This document shows, in pieces, positions 10,268 through 21,426 of a stretch of DNA of 64,000 bases. The DNA lies in contig JAFVZY010000024.1 of the NCBI GenBank assembly GCA_017507885.1, forward strand, positions 2,784 to 66,783, read 5' to 3'. The notes below the pieces were generated by a model. It was not told the DNA's origin and did no database searches. It saw only the letters and a list, made by a program, of their open reading frames with translations. The translations under genes were made by a program, and so were the position numbers. Each line of letters begins with the position of its first letter. The stretch's first letter is position 1. Source of the DNA: Candidatus Methanomethylophilaceae archaeon. GTDB lineage: Archaea > Thermoplasmatota > Thermoplasmata > Methanomassiliicoccales > Methanomethylophilaceae.

Positions 10268-10915
10268 TTACTGTACCGTTCCGGCATCCTCGAGGAACGT
10301 CAGGGCCGATGCACGGGGATCCTCGGAACCGTAGATCGCACGACCCACGATGGCGTAGTCCGCACCCGCACGGAGTGCATCGGACGCCTTCCCCCCCTGG
10401 GCGCCCACGCCGGGGGACAGGATCTTGAAGCCATCGCCGACGACCGCACGGACGGCGGCGATGCGTTCCGGACGTGTGGCGGGTGCTATGAACCCGGACA
10501 CCCCGCATTCCACCCCCAGGCGCGCCATGGCCTCGGCATTGGGGGCGGTGAACATCCTGCCTCCCGGATGACTCATCTCGGTGACGGCGTAGACCTCCGC
10601 ATCCCCTGCGGCCTCCACGGCGGCCTTCAGGGAATCGTCTCCGGTGAACGCGTGGACGATGACCGCGGATGCCCCGCGGGACACGGAGTTCTCGACGATC
10701 AGTCTGACCGTGTTGGGGATGTCGGCCACCTTGAAATCACAGATGACCTCGCTGAACTCGGACAGACGGGTGATCATCTGCGGCCCCTCGGAGAGCACGA
10801 GTGGCCAGTTGATCTTGATGGCGTCGACGATGTCGCCGACCTTCTCCGCGATGGCGAGGGCTTTGACCCCGTCGGTCTCGTCCAATGCGAGCACGAGTCT
10901 GCTTTCCTTCTTCAT
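10268..10915 (-). CDS. pyrF: Orotidine 5'-phosphate decarboxylase
   Basis: LALD, DFKVADIPNT, PGVGAQGG, IVGRAIY. Confidence 0.96.
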   Translation of the reverse strand: MKKESRLVLALDETDGVKALAIAEKVGDIVDAIKINWPLVLSEGPQMITRLSEFSEVICDFKVADIPNTVRLIVENSVSRGASAVIVHAFTGDDSLKAAVEAAGDAEVYAVTEMSHPGGRMFTAPNAEAMARLGVECGVSGFIAPATRPERIAAVRAVVGDGFKILSPGVGAQGGKASDALRAGADYAIVGRAIYGSEDPRASALTFLEDAGTVQ

Positions 10916-10969
10916 GGCCTTCATCACGGACCCGACACTTATTAAACCATCGTGCAGGATGGACCGTGC

Positions 10970-12019
10970 ATGCTCATGGAAATGGAATGCGGCTCATTGT
11001 GCAACGGAAACGTCGCCGAGGGATGCGAACACTGCATAAACGGCTCGAAGATGGTACTCTTCGTCACCGGCGAATGCAGATGGGGTTGTGAATACTGCCC
11101 CGTGTCCCAGGAGAAGAAGGGGAAGGACGTGGTCTACGCCAACGAGGGCCGCGCCTATACCGACGAGGACGTCATAAAGGAGGCCGAATCCATGGACGCC
11201 ACCGGTACCGGGATCACCGGAGGGGACCCGTTGAACCGCATGGACCGTACCGTACGCATGATCAGGCTCCTCAAGGAGAGGTTCGGTCCCGAGCACCACA
11301 TCCACCTCTACACCGCCACCATCGACCCGTTGAAGGTCGCGGAACTGGAGGAGGCGGGACTGGACGAGATACGCTTCCACCCTCCGGAGGCCGTGTGGAC
11401 CCGCATGGACGATACACGCCTGAGGGAGATCGTCGAAACCACCGGGATGGACGTGGGCATAGAGGTCCCCGCACTCCCCGGCAGGGAGGATTCCCTGAAC
11501 ACTCTGGTGGAGTACGCGGATTCCATCGGCGTGGACTTCATCAATCTCAACGAACTGGAATTCTCGGAGAGCAACTGGGACATGATGGCGGACAACGGCT
11601 ACGAGGTCAGAGACGAGATCTCCTCGGCCGTCCTCGGTTCCGAGGAAACCGCCCGTGCGGTAATGGAATCCCATCCCGACATCAACATCCACTTCTGCTC
11701 CTCGCCCTTCAAGGACGGGGTCCAACTACGCAGAAGGCTCATCCGTCGTGCGGAATGCATGTGTACCGACTATCAGGCCATAACCGAGGACGGGACCCTC
11801 GTCCGCGGATTCATGTACACGCAGGACACGGGGGCGGCCGCGGAGGCGCTCAGGGACATGGACGTCGAGGAGGACATGTTCCAGATTCTGGAAGGGAAGA
11901 TTGAGGTCGCACCCTGGATTCTGGAGGAGATCGCCGAGGACATTCCCTGGAAGTGCTACATCTCCGAGCAGTATCCCACCGCGGATGCGTTGGAAGTCGA
12001 GAGGACCCCGCTCAACTGA
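10970..12019 (+). CDS. Radical SAM protein, conserved archaeal uncharacterized family (COG2108-like)
   Basis: GCEHCINGSKMVLFVTGECRWGCEYCP (CxxxCxxC), TGGDPL, DEIRFHP, NLNELEFSE. Confidence 0.9.
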   Translation: MLMEMECGSLCNGNVAEGCEHCINGSKMVLFVTGECRWGCEYCPVSQEKKGKDVVYANEGRAYTDEDVIKEAESMDATGTGITGGDPLNRMDRTVRMIRLLKERFGPEHHIHLYTATIDPLKVAELEEAGLDEIRFHPPEAVWTRMDDTRLREIVETTGMDVGIEVPALPGREDSLNTLVEYADSIGVDFINLNELEFSESNWDMMADNGYEVRDEISSAVLGSEETARAVMESHPDINIHFCSSPFKDGVQLRRRLIRRAECMCTDYQAITEDGTLVRGFMYTQDTGAAAEALRDMDVEEDMFQILEGKIEVAPWILEEIAEDIPWKCYISEQYPTADALEVERTPLN

Positions 12020-12089
12020 GTCCGGGACAGGGGTTGGACGACAGGACCGATACACGGATCGTCCATACTCCCCCAGACTCATTTTTTGA

Positions 12090-12161
12090 ATCCGATATTT
12101 ATATGTCGGATATAAGTTCCATAATGTATGTTTAAATATGTTGGATTTAACATCCAAATAT
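12090..12161. repeat. AT-rich tract with four inverted copies of an ATATGTYGGAT-like motif
   Basis: ATCCGATAT 12090-98, ATATGTCGGAT 12101-11, ATATGTTGGAT 12136-46, ATCCAAATAT 12152-61. Confidence 0.65.
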
Positions 12162-12171
12162 ATGGTATATT

Positions 12172-12206
12172 AAAAAACCCCTGGATGCACGGAGACATCC
12201 GGGGGT
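12172..12206 (-). terminator. Hairpin plus T6 after the rpo/nusA operon
   Basis: CCCCTGGATG/CATCCGGGGG stem with one mismatch, followed by TTTTTT on the minus strand. Confidence 0.6.
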
Positions 12207-12272
12207 CGTAAGAGGTTTCATGAAGGTGGTTTTTCCCAAAACCGTCCGATGACGGCCGACGGGGGACGGACT

Positions 12273-12701
12273 TCACTCGACGCTGAGGCTCTGGATCTCG
12301 TGGTGTCTGTTCACGATGTCCCTGGCGATGCGGAGATTCTTTCCGGCCTTGCCTATCGCACGGCCCTTGAGTTTGGGATCCACGGTGATGGTGGCGTGTG
12401 TAATGTTTCCGCGCTGTTCGATAACGACCTTCTGAGGACCGTATATATGGAAGACGTTCTTGACGAACTGCTCGGGGTCCTCGGAATACTCCACGACCTG
12501 GATGTTCTTTCCCGTCTTGTCCTTGAGTCTGATGACATGGTCGCCCTTCTTTCCAACGGCGATGTTGCCCTGACCCTTCTCGACCACGAAGACGAGTTTC
12601 TCCTCGGTCTCCATGCAGTCGATGGCGTTGGCCTTGGTGATCTGCTCGAAGAGCGAGATGTACCTGAGGGTATCCTCTGTAAGAACGATATCTGCGGACA
12701 T
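12273..12701 (-). CDS. nusA: Archaeal NusA
   Basis: Two KH domains (AVGKKG, AIGKAGKN); last gene of the rpo operon. Confidence 0.95.
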   Translation of the reverse strand: MSADIVLTEDTLRYISLFEQITKANAIDCMETEEKLVFVVEKGQGNIAVGKKGDHVIRLKDKTGKNIQVVEYSEDPEQFVKNVFHIYGPQKVVIEQRGNITHATITVDPKLKGRAIGKAGKNLRIARDIVNRHHEIQSLSVE

Positions 12702-12706
12702 GTTTC

Positions 12707-12994
12707 TCACAGCGTTAAGATGTTGGAGCTACCTTTGTCGATGATTACAAGGGCAGAAACGGAAAAGGGTTTTCCGCAGAGAGCTCCGAGCTCCATGTTG
12801 TTTCCGTTGTACACGTGCACCTTGACTCCGATGTCGCCCTTCAGCTCCTCGCTGGGGCAGTTCCTTGCAAGGACGACCATCTGGGCGTTTCCGCTCTTGA
12901 CGGCCTTGAGGGTCTGGTCGAGACCGAACTCGACCTTTCCGGTGGTGATTGCTGATTTCAATGCTCTGCTGATGTCAATTTTCTCATCGCTCAT
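12707..12994 (-). CDS. rpl30e: 50S ribosomal protein L30e
   Basis: TGKVEFG, ELGALCGKPFSVS, GSSNIL. Confidence 0.97.
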   Translation of the reverse strand: MSDEKIDISRALKSAITTGKVEFGLDQTLKAVKSGNAQMVVLARNCPSEELKGDIGVKVHVYNGNNMELGALCGKPFSVSALVIIDKGSSNILTL

Positions 12995-14433
12995 TCTTCA
13001 TCCCCCTTTTTCTTGGGTGTGTAAATAATGTTTACTGCACCGGTACCGAGTGTGACCGGCTGTCCGACAATGATGTTCTCGGTGACTCCCTCAAGGTGGT
13101 CCACCTCTCCCACCATCGCGGCGTGCAGAAGGTGCGCGGCGGTGATCTCGAAAGCCGCCCTGGCGAGAACCGAGGACTTCTTTCCGGATACTCCGTGCCT
13201 TCCGATGGCCTTCACATAACCGTCGTTGGTCATGAGATCGGCCACAAGCATGATGTGTCTGATGTCGACGTCGAGACCCGCTTCTCCGAGGGTTCCCATG
13301 GCCTCGTGGATGATGGAGTTCCTGGCCGCCTCGATTCCGAGAACGTCCGCGACCTCCAGGATGCTGTTCGTCATGACGTTGTCAGCATCCACTCCCTCGA
13401 CCTTGAGAACCTCCTTGAGGTTGCTTCCCTCGGTGATGATCTTCCAAGAACCCTCGGTCTTGGAAAGAACGGCCCTTGTGATGCCGTCGATTCCCTTGAT
13501 CTTGGCGTTCTTGATGGCGTCGTACATGGACTGGAGTTTCTTGAACGAGGGCTCCTCGGACCACCTGACGACGATCTTGTATTCCGAAGAGTCCAGCTCG
13601 ACCATTCCACGAACGGCCTTGAGCTTGTTCAATTTGTCGACGATCTCCTCCGAAGTGATGCCTTTGACATCCATCTTGCGGTTGTCGGGATCGACGATGA
13701 GTCTCATGTTGGTGATGTCCACCTCGATGGTGGCCACATCCTGCAGCGAGGTGATCTCGATGTTGGATGCCACGAGACGTGCCACGTTCTCGTCCTCTGC
13801 GGCGATTCCCTTGAGGGGGATGTCCATGGACGGGGTACTGGGGATGCGCCTGGCATCGACGATCTCGATCAACCTGGGCAATCCCTGTGTGACGTTGATG
13901 TTTGCGACTCCCGCGTAGTGGAAGGTACGCATGTTCATCTGCGTACCGGGCTCTCCGAGGGAGTGTGCGGCCATGACACCCGCGGACTCGTTCTGGTCCA
14001 TGAGGTGTGCGGAGTACATCCTGTATGCCGTGGAGATGAGCTTCTCGCAGGTCTCCTCGTCCAGGTCCGCGTTCTTGATGCGGTCGGCGATGTCGACGAT
14101 GATCTTCATGGGAAGCTGAACGTCGAGCCTCTCCGCGATGGCTTTGAGTCTGTTCTCCACATCGCTGTAGACGTAGTAGTTGGTGACCTCCTCCATGGGC
14201 TGGACGGGCACGTCCTCCACCACGGCCTTCTTGGCCTTGGAGGACGAGGGTCTCTTGCCGATCTTGGTTATGATCTCCGCAGCCTCGGCGGAATCTATTC
14301 CCAGGTCCACCAGTGCGTCCACTCCGGCCGCACTGATGTCGCTGAGGGTGTTGTACTGGGTGAGCAACAGTGCCACGACCTCGTCGCGGACTCCCCTGTT
14401 GGCCAACGCCTTCATAGTGTCCTTTCTTGCCAT
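12991..14433 (-). CDS. rpoA2: RNA polymerase subunit A'' with N-terminal extension
   Basis: SLGEPGTQMNMRTFHYAG, GLPRLIEIVDAR, LARAAFE, ENIIVGQ. Confidence 0.97.
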   Translation of the reverse strand: MARKDTMKALANRGVRDEVVALLLTQYNTLSDISAAGVDALVDLGIDSAEAAEIITKIGKRPSSSKAKKAVVEDVPVQPMEEVTNYYVYSDVENRLKAIAERLDVQLPMKIIVDIADRIKNADLDEETCEKLISTAYRMYSAHLMDQNESAGVMAAHSLGEPGTQMNMRTFHYAGVANINVTQGLPRLIEIVDARRIPSTPSMDIPLKGIAAEDENVARLVASNIEITSLQDVATIEVDITNMRLIVDPDNRKMDVKGITSEEIVDKLNKLKAVRGMVELDSSEYKIVVRWSEEPSFKKLQSMYDAIKNAKIKGIDGITRAVLSKTEGSWKIITEGSNLKEVLKVEGVDADNVMTNSILEVADVLGIEAARNSIIHEAMGTLGEAGLDVDIRHIMLVADLMTNDGYVKAIGRHGVSGKKSSVLARAAFEITAAHLLHAAMVGEVDHLEGVTENIIVGQPVTLGTGAVNIIYTPKKKGDEE

Positions 14434-14435
14434 TA

Positions 14436-17243
14436 TCACTCACCTCCACCGTCATAGTCCATGTCAAGGTCGTCGTAGTCCTCGGAGTCCTCCTCCTCGA
14501 TGTATTCCATCTCGTCCTTCTCGAGGGAACCGTAGTCTCCTCCCACATCCTTGGTGTCGATGTGCAGGAGCTCGTCGGCCTTGTCTCCGAGAACCTCTGC
14601 GAACAGGTCGTCGAGATCGATCGCCTTACCCCTGACAGTCCTTGCGGGGTCGACTCCGTCCTCTCCGTACCTGAACTGGACGACGGTTCCGATGGTGTTC
14701 CTGACGGTTCCGTCGGAGGTCAGCTTGAGGTCCTCCAATGCGGAGACGAGACGCCTCTGCATGTATCCGGACCTGGAGGTCCTGACCGCGGTATCGACCA
14801 ATCCCTCCCTTCCTCCCATCGCGTGGAAGAAGAACTCGGTGGGGGTCAGACCCGACTTGTACGAATTGGAGCAAAATCCCCTGGCGTATGCACCGAGGTC
14901 CCCCTTCTCGAAGTGGGGGAGCGTCCTGTTCCAATATCCTCTGGAGAGCCTCTCTCCACGAACGGCCTGCTGACCGACACAACCCGCCATCTGGGACAGG
15001 TTGAGCATGGATCCACGGGCACCGGCCTTGGCCATGATGACCGCGGGGTTGGTCATTCCGAGGTGGTTTCCTGCGATACGTCCGGCCTGGTCACGAGCCT
15101 CTCCGAGGACTCCCATGACCTTCACCTCGAGGGTCTCCCTGAGGGAACGTCCGGGCATCTGGTCGAGGGTTCCGTCGTGGAAGGACTCCACGAGATCGGA
15201 CACCTTGTCGATACACTCCTGACTGAAGGAGCTGATCTGGTTGGCCGCCTCGGCGGGGATGTCCTCGTCACCGATACCGGTACTGAATCCGTGGTTCATG
15301 ATGGCTCCCAGTGCAAGCCTGGTGACCTGGTTGATGAACAGTGCGGCACGGTCCGCCCCGTAGTCGCGTGCGATACGGTCGAGGATCTTACCCTTGCTGT
15401 TTCCGATTCCCTTGACGTCGACGGTTCCGCAGAGGAGCTTTCCGTCACGGATCTTGACATATGCGTCGAAGTCGCACTCCTCCTTCTTGCATCCGGTCTT
15501 GCAGTTCCTGCAGATGTTGGATTTGAAGGTGCTGCGGAAGTCGGAGGGGAGCACAGTGGAGAACAGCTGTTTTCCGGTCCAGTAGGGCTCCCCCTTCTCG
15601 TCGATGTAGGGCTCGGGCATGGGGATGTCCGAGAGCCTGAACATGATGTTCGCCGCCTCGAACCTGTCGAAGCGGGGGTTGTCGTGGGTGAGGAAGTATG
15701 CTCCGGTGATGTGGTCGTGGATGGCTCCGATGATGGGTCCTCCGTACCTGGGGGACAGGATGTTCTCCTGGACCTGCATCAGGATGCGCGCCTCGGCGCG
15801 TGCCTCGTCGGACTGGAGGACGTGAAGGTTCATCTCGTCCCCGTCGAAGTCCGCGTTGTAGGGGGGACACACGCACAGGTTGAACCTGAAGGTGCGTCCG
15901 GGCATGATCCTGACCCTGTGGGCCATCATGGACATCCTGTGAAGGGAGGGCTGCCTGTTGAACAGGACGACATCCCCGTCGATGAGCTGCCTCTCGACGG
16001 TGTAGTCGATCTCGATTCCCTCTGCGACGTCCTCGGAGTTCCTCTCGGTGACCCTGATCCTCCTTCCGTCGGCACGGATCACATAGTTCGCGCCGGGGAG
16101 GTAGGGGTCGTCCAGTCCGGGACTGGGTCCGCGCCTGACGATCTCCCTGACCTGCTCGATGTTGTGCTCGTTGACGTGCACGGGAACGGTGAGCTCCCTC
16201 GCGGCGAACACGGGCACTCCGACCTCGTTGATGGAGAGCAGGGGATCGGGGGAGATGACGGTACGTGCCGAGAAGTTGACACGCTTTCCGGACAGGTTGG
16301 ATCTGAAACGTCCCTCCTTACCCTTGAGCCTCTGTGCGAGGGTCTTCAGGGGACGACCGGACCTGTGCCTTGCCGGAGGGATTCCGGAGGTCTGGTTGTC
16401 GAAGTAGGTGGTGACGTGGTACTGCAGAAGCTCCCAGAGATCCTCGACGATGAGCTGGGGTGCTCCGGCATCACGGTTCTCCCTGAGCCTCTGGTTGATC
16501 CTCAGGACATCGACCAGCTTATGGGTCAGATCGTCCTCGGATCTGTCTCCGGAGTCGAGGGTGATGGAGGGCCTGACGGTCACGGGGGGCACCGCGAGTG
16601 CGGTGAGGACCATCCACTCGGGCCTGCAGGTGGAGGGGTCGATTCCGAGGGTCACCAGATCGTCGTCGGTGATCCTCTCGAGCCTCTCACGGACCTCCTT
16701 GGGAGTCAGCTTGTGGTTGTCGTTGACCTCCCTGAAGGTGGTGGGCTTGTCGAGTTTGATCTTGACCTGCTCCTTTCCGCAGTAGGGACAGATTCCCTTT
16801 CCGGATGCGTCCTTGGCGGTCTCCTTGGAGAAGTTCTTGACATCGATGGTTCCTCCACCGAGCTCCTCCATCCTGTCCATGCTCTCCCTGCGGACCTTGA
16901 TCTGGTCCTCGGAAAGCATGAGTCTGCCGCACTGGCAGCAGGTGGACTCCAGGAGCATCTTGATGTCCTTGATGAATCCGACATGGATGACCGGCATGGC
17001 CAGGTCTATGTGTCCGAAGTGTCCGGGACACTCGTCCACCTTGCATCCGCAGGTCTTGCAGCGGAGTCCGGGCTCGATGACTCCCATGTGGGGGTCCATG
17101 AGTCCCATCTCGATGGGGTATCCCTCGTCGTCGTAGGTGTCCGCGGTTATGACCTTGGTTGCGGACATCTTCCTGATCTCCTCGGGGGAGACGCAGGAGA
17201 ATTTGATCGATCCGATCCTTTTTGTGATTCCACGCACTGTCAT
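14436..17243 (-). CDS. rpoA1: RNA polymerase subunit A'
   Basis: [40 protein letters not shown]. Confidence 0.99.
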   Translation of the reverse strand: MTVRGITKRIGSIKFSCVSPEEIRKMSATKVITADTYDDEGYPIEMGLMDPHMGVIEPGLRCKTCGCKVDECPGHFGHIDLAMPVIHVGFIKDIKMLLESTCCQCGRLMLSEDQIKVRRESMDRMEELGGGTIDVKNFSKETAKDASGKGICPYCGKEQVKIKLDKPTTFREVNDNHKLTPKEVRERLERITDDDLVTLGIDPSTCRPEWMVLTALAVPPVTVRPSITLDSGDRSEDDLTHKLVDVLRINQRLRENRDAGAPQLIVEDLWELLQYHVTTYFDNQTSGIPPARHRSGRPLKTLAQRLKGKEGRFRSNLSGKRVNFSARTVISPDPLLSINEVGVPVFAARELTVPVHVNEHNIEQVREIVRRGPSPGLDDPYLPGANYVIRADGRRIRVTERNSEDVAEGIEIDYTVERQLIDGDVVLFNRQPSLHRMSMMAHRVRIMPGRTFRFNLCVCPPYNADFDGDEMNLHVLQSDEARAEARILMQVQENILSPRYGGPIIGAIHDHITGAYFLTHDNPRFDRFEAANIMFRLSDIPMPEPYIDEKGEPYWTGKQLFSTVLPSDFRSTFKSNICRNCKTGCKKEECDFDAYVKIRDGKLLCGTVDVKGIGNSKGKILDRIARDYGADRAALFINQVTRLALGAIMNHGFSTGIGDEDIPAEAANQISSFSQECIDKVSDLVESFHDGTLDQMPGRSLRETLEVKVMGVLGEARDQAGRIAGNHLGMTNPAVIMAKAGARGSMLNLSQMAGCVGQQAVRGERLSRGYWNRTLPHFEKGDLGAYARGFCSNSYKSGLTPTEFFFHAMGGREGLVDTAVRTSRSGYMQRRLVSALEDLKLTSDGTVRNTIGTVVQFRYGEDGVDPARTVRGKAIDLDDLFAEVLGDKADELLHIDTKDVGGDYGSLEKDEMEYIEEEDSEDYDDLDMDYDGGGE

Positions 17244-20200
17244 CTCAGATCCTCCAGCTGAAGCCTCATGGCCACACCCATAGACAGAAGCTCGTCCATG
17301 AGGAGCTTGAACGCATAGGATGTTCCGACGAGGTAGATGTTCGTGTTGTTCTTACATACGGGACAGTACAGGGATCCGTGCCTGTCCATGATTGCGATGT
17401 GTCCGCACTTGGGGTTTCCGCAGATGAACTGCTTGGTACCGTCGGATTCGTCGAGCAGACGGTCCTTGATGACCATTGCGGCTCCGTGACCGATCAGACA
17501 GTCACGCTCCATCTCTCCGAACCTGAGACCTCCCTGCCTGGAACGTCCCTCGGTGGGCTGCCTGGTGAGGATCTGCACGGGTCCCCTGGACCTGACGTGC
17601 ATCTTTCCACTGACCATGTGGTGCAGCTTCTCGTAGAAGATGACTCCGGTGTAGACGTCGGCCTGGATCATGCGTCCGGTCCTTCCGTCGTACATGACCT
17701 CCTTTCCGGTGTTCCTGAATCCGTTCCTGACGAGTCCGTCACGGATGGAGGTCTCGTTCTCTCCGGAGAATGCGGTACCGTCGATGATGCGTCCCTCCAT
17801 GGAACCGACCTTTCCTGCGATCATCTCGAGGACGTGTCCGATGGTCATACGGGACGGGATACCGTGGGGGTTGACGACGAGGTCGGGGGTGACTCCGTCG
17901 GCGGTGAAGGGCATGTCGCACTGGTCGACGAGCCTTCCGATGACTCCCTTCTGTCCGAACCTGGAGCAGAACTTGTCTCCGAGCTCGGGGATCCTCTCGT
18001 CCCTGACCTTGACACGGACCAGCCTAGATCCGTTCTCGGACTCGGTGATCATGACGGAATCGACGTATCCCTTCTCCCCGGGCCTGACGGTGACGGAGGT
18101 CTCCCTTCTCTTCTGAGGGGTGAGGAAGTCGGTCTCCTCCTCCAGGAACCTGGGGGGAGAGGTCTTTCCGATCAGGACGTCGGAACCGGTGACGTAACTC
18201 TCGGGGGCGATGAGTCCGTCCTCTCCGAGGGATGCGTACGCGAGATCTGCGCGGGCACCCATGATGTCGGGGGAGGGGATCTCGAAGTGGTCCTCCTGTC
18301 CTCCGGGGTAACGGCGCTCCTCGGCACGGTAGGACCTCATGAAGGTGGATCTTCCGAGTCCCCTCTGGACGGAGCTCTTGTTCATGACGAGGGCATCCTC
18401 GATGTTGTATCCGTGGAAGGACATGACCGCGATGCAGAAGTTCTGTCCCGCGGGCCTGTTCTCGTATCCCATGAACTTCATGGTCTGGGTCTGGACCATG
18501 GGGACCTGGGGATACTGCATGAGGTGTCCCCTGGTGTCGGGCCTGATACGGTAGTTGGCGGTGGGGATACCCAGGGCCTGCTTACCCATTCCCGCACCCA
18601 TGGTGACACGGGGTGCGGAGTTGTGCTCGGGGTAGGGAACGATACCGGATGCCACTCCGAGGATGACCATGGGATCGACCTCCATGTGGGTGTATTGGGG
18701 TCCGTTCTTGTTCTCGACCTCGAACTCCTGTTCGCACCATCCGCACTTGAGGAGGGATGCCCCGTCCTTTCCGGGGTTCATCCAATCGACGTCCATGGGG
18801 GACAGCGCGTGGTTGCAGCAGGGACAGCGGACGGGGGTCTCGAAGGGCTCGACGAGGATGAGGGCGTCCTCCTCCTCTTCTGCATCGACCCACTCGATGA
18901 TTCCCTCACGGAACAGGTCGTTCCAGCGGACCTTGCCCTCGCGGATTCCCTCGATGTGCTTCCTGGTGATGGCGGTCTTTCCGTTCTTGACGATGAGCAG
19001 GGGCCTTCTGAGACGTCCCTCGTCGCAGTTGATGATGACCTCCCCCATCTCCTCGTCGAAACGGATGTTGATTTCGGATGCGAGGAGACCGCATCTCCTG
19101 CGCTCCCTGATCTCGTTGACGAGCCTGTGTGCGTCCGCATGGACTCCGACGAGGTCCCCGTTGACGTAGACACGGGTTCCTCCACCGGTCTTGACGGACT
19201 CGATGTCGAGCTCCCTGAGCATCCATTTGATGTCGTTCTCGGGGAAGCCCTCGGAGATGTCGATGATGAGTGCGGCGTTCTTCACCAGACCGCAGTTCTG
19301 ACCCTCGGGGGTCTCGGAGGGGCACAGCCTTCCCCACTGGGTGGGGTGAAGGTCACGGGCCTCGAAGTGGGGCTGGCTTCTGGTAAGGGAGGACGTGATC
19401 CTCCTCAGATGGGACATCGCGGACAGGTTGGAGGTCCTGTCGAGCAGCTGGGAGACTCCTGCGCGTCCGCCGACCCAGTTTCCGGTGGCGAGGGCGTGGA
19501 GCAGCTTGTGGGTGAGGAGGTCGGGACGGATGGAGGATGCGATGTTGATGTCGCTCTTCTTCCTGCCCCAGTTCCTCTCCAGCTGGTACTTCAGGTCCTT
19601 CATGAGACTGCTGAAGCTGGTCCTGAAGAGATCCTCCATGAGGTCTCCGGAGAGCTTGAGCCTCTTGTTCGCGTAGTGGTCCTTGTCGTCCTCCTTCCTC
19701 TTCTTAAGGGAGAGTTCGAGAACGGAGCGTGCGACGCGTCCGAGGAAGATGGCCTTCTTCATGCGGTCCGCCTCGGTGTCACCGAGATGGGGCAGCAGGG
19801 AACGGTCGAGGATGCTCTCGACCTTCTTGATCCTGTACTCCTTCGCCTGACCGGCGGCGAAGTTCCTCTCGAGGAACAGGATGGCGTCCTCCTGGGTGTG
19901 GAATCCGTTGGGTGCGTAGGTCTTCTTGTCGAAGGATGCCTCGATGTTTGCGTAGACGATGTTCGCCATCTTGTCATCGGAGACGATGGTCTCGAAGATC
20001 TCCCTGTCGGACTCCATTCCGAGCGCCTTCATGAGGGCGACCAGGGGGATGGACCCGGATGCGACGGGAACGGAGACCATGACGGTGCCGTCCTTCTTCT
20101 TCTCGACAAGGGTGAGCGCACGGTATCCGTCCTTCTGGGAGAACACCTTGGCGACCTCCACGGCGGATCCGTACCTCTCGTTGTACTCGACCATGATCCT

Positions 20201-20842
20201 GTTGGGGGCCAGGTCCTCGAGGGTGATGAGAACCCTCTCGGTTCCTCCGATGATGAAGTATCCTCCGGGTTCCCTGGGGTCCTCCTTCTGTTTGATGAGC
20301 TCGGTGAGATACTCGTTGGGCGAAAGGCTGTGCTCGAGATGGTTCTCCATGACCTGCCTGTTCAGGTTGCATCCGGAGGACTTGACCATCATGGGCAGGT
20401 CTCCGACATGGATCCATTTCTCGCTCTCGGGCATCTCCCTCTCCTTTCCGTCCTCGAAGATCTCGAAACGGACGTAGACGGGGGACATGTAGTTGAGGTT
20501 CCTGAGCCTCGCCTCCATGGGGGTGAGCTCGTGACTGTATCCGTTGGCCTCCATGACCTTGGGCTCGTCGATGCGGATGGTGGGCCTGGACTGGGGATCG
20601 ACGTTTCCGTCGGCGTCACGGGGCCTTCCGATGTGGATCTCGATGTTCCTCCCGCCGGTGCGTTCGGGGTCGAGCTTGATGATTCCACGGTCGGCGTCAT
20701 CGGTGGGGACCCTGATGTCGTCGACGATCCTCTGCATCCTGCTGTTGGGATTCGCAGGGGTGGCGAGGAAATCATCGAATGATGAAATGTGGTGATTGAC
20801 TATGCTGTGTTCGGAAAAATACAACTTGACTAGATCCCTCAA
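17240..20842 (-). CDS. rpoB: RNA polymerase subunit B (single chain)
   Basis: [44 protein letters not shown]; TTG start. Confidence 0.99.
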   Translation of the reverse strand: MRDLVKLYFSEHSIVNHHISSFDDFLATPANPNSRMQRIVDDIRVPTDDADRGIIKLDPERTGGRNIEIHIGRPRDADGNVDPQSRPTIRIDEPKVMEANGYSHELTPMEARLRNLNYMSPVYVRFEIFEDGKEREMPESEKWIHVGDLPMMVKSSGCNLNRQVMENHLEHSLSPNEYLTELIKQKEDPREPGGYFIIGGTERVLITLEDLAPNRIMVEYNERYGSAVEVAKVFSQKDGYRALTLVEKKKDGTVMVSVPVASGSIPLVALMKALGMESDREIFETIVSDDKMANIVYANIEASFDKKTYAPNGFHTQEDAILFLERNFAAGQAKEYRIKKVESILDRSLLPHLGDTEADRMKKAIFLGRVARSVLELSLKKRKEDDKDHYANKRLKLSGDLMEDLFRTSFSSLMKDLKYQLERNWGRKKSDINIASSIRPDLLTHKLLHALATGNWVGGRAGVSQLLDRTSNLSAMSHLRRITSSLTRSQPHFEARDLHPTQWGRLCPSETPEGQNCGLVKNAALIIDISEGFPENDIKWMLRELDIESVKTGGGTRVYVNGDLVGVHADAHRLVNEIRERRRCGLLASEINIRFDEEMGEVIINCDEGRLRRPLLIVKNGKTAITRKHIEGIREGKVRWNDLFREGIIEWVDAEEEEDALILVEPFETPVRCPCCNHALSPMDVDWMNPGKDGASLLKCGWCEQEFEVENKNGPQYTHMEVDPMVILGVASGIVPYPEHNSAPRVTMGAGMGKQALGIPTANYRIRPDTRGHLMQYPQVPMVQTQTMKFMGYENRPAGQNFCIAVMSFHGYNIEDALVMNKSSVQRGLGRSTFMRSYRAEERRYPGGQEDHFEIPSPDIMGARADLAYASLGEDGLIAPESYVTGSDVLIGKTSPPRFLEEETDFLTPQKRRETSVTVRPGEKGYVDSVMITESENGSRLVRVKVRDERIPELGDKFCSRFGQKGVIGRLVDQCDMPFTADGVTPDLVVNPHGIPSRMTIGHVLEMIAGKVGSMEGRIIDGTAFSGENETSIRDGLVRNGFRNTGKEVMYDGRTGRMIQADVYTGVIFYEKLHHMVSGKMHVRSRGPVQILTRQPTEGRSRQGGLRFGEMERDCLIGHGAAMVIKDRLLDESDGTKQFICGNPKCGHIAIMDRHGSLYCPVCKNNTNIYLVGTSYAFKLLMDELLSMGVAMRLQLEDLR

Positions 20843-20846
20843 ACGT

Positions 20847-21113
20847 TTACCCCCTCGTGACGAGTCTGTAACCGACGAATTCCTGTGCGGTCTCGCTTTT
20901 CCTCACGACTTTGATTACCCTTCCCTCGTCGATGGGGCCGTGAATGCTTTCCAGGACCTTCACTCCGGGGTCGGACTTCCTGATCTTCGGAAGCTGGTCG
21001 CGAGTCATGCCCTTCCTGCCGAGGACAGCCTCCGCCTCCTCTTCCGACAGGAGGTGATGCTCAGGCACGAGAACGTGCTTCAGAACATTGAACGTTAAAT
21101 TATCTGCTGCCAA
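20847..21113 (-). CDS. rpoH: RNA polymerase subunit H
   Basis: HVLVPEH, QLPKI..SDP, RKSETA, YRLV; TTG start after AGGTGG (GTG at 21122 is an alternative). Confidence 0.96.
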   Translation of the reverse strand: MAADNLTFNVLKHVLVPEHHLLSEEEAEAVLGRKGMTRDQLPKIRKSDPGVKVLESIHGPIDEGRVIKVVRKSETAQEFVGYRLVTRG

Positions 21114-21228
21114 GATATCCACCTACTTTCAAACCAGCCCGGTCCGCTGGAAACCAATTGATTTTAGAGAAATGCTGTACATGCCTTCCTCATACTTGAT
21201 CCGCCGTCGATCGCTCATGAAGTCCATA

Positions 21229-21305
21229 TGGCGGGCCTGAAGGGATTCGAACCCTTGACCACCTGATTAAAAGTCAGATGCTCTACCTAGCTGAGCTACA
21301 GGCCC
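21229..21305 (-). tRNA. tRNA-Lys(UUU), CCA encoded, no intron
   Basis: GGGCCTG/CAGGCCC acceptor stem, anticodon loop CT-TTT-AA, GGTTCGAATCC T-loop. Confidence 0.97.
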
Positions 21306-21346
21306 ATGGATGCTTAAAGCTTGCAAAAGGGAGGATTCCGTCATCC

Positions 21347-21355
21347 TATATAAAA
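21347..21355 (-). promoter_or_regulatory. TATA box of tRNA-Lys(UUU)
   Basis: TTTTATATA on the minus strand; the same 9-mer precedes the other tRNA-Lys. Confidence 0.6.
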
Positions 21356-21426
21356 CATTGTTCAAGAAAAACACGCGGATGCGACGAATACCGCATCGTG
21401 CATCCGCGAATGGTTTGAAACAGGCC

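Noticed and set aside
12105-12132. Possible Xer dif site or ORB origin box
   Set aside because: Only one dif-like arm and only a GTTCCA fragment of an ORB; no cdc6 or xer gene nearby. Kept only as an unexplained repeat
14427-20782. Very long plus-strand ORFs (944 aa and 1134 aa) antisense to rpoA1/rpoB, and similar ones opposite aglB, sbcC and proS
   Set aside because: Shadow frames produced by strong GC3 codon bias in real genes; no motifs and unnatural composition
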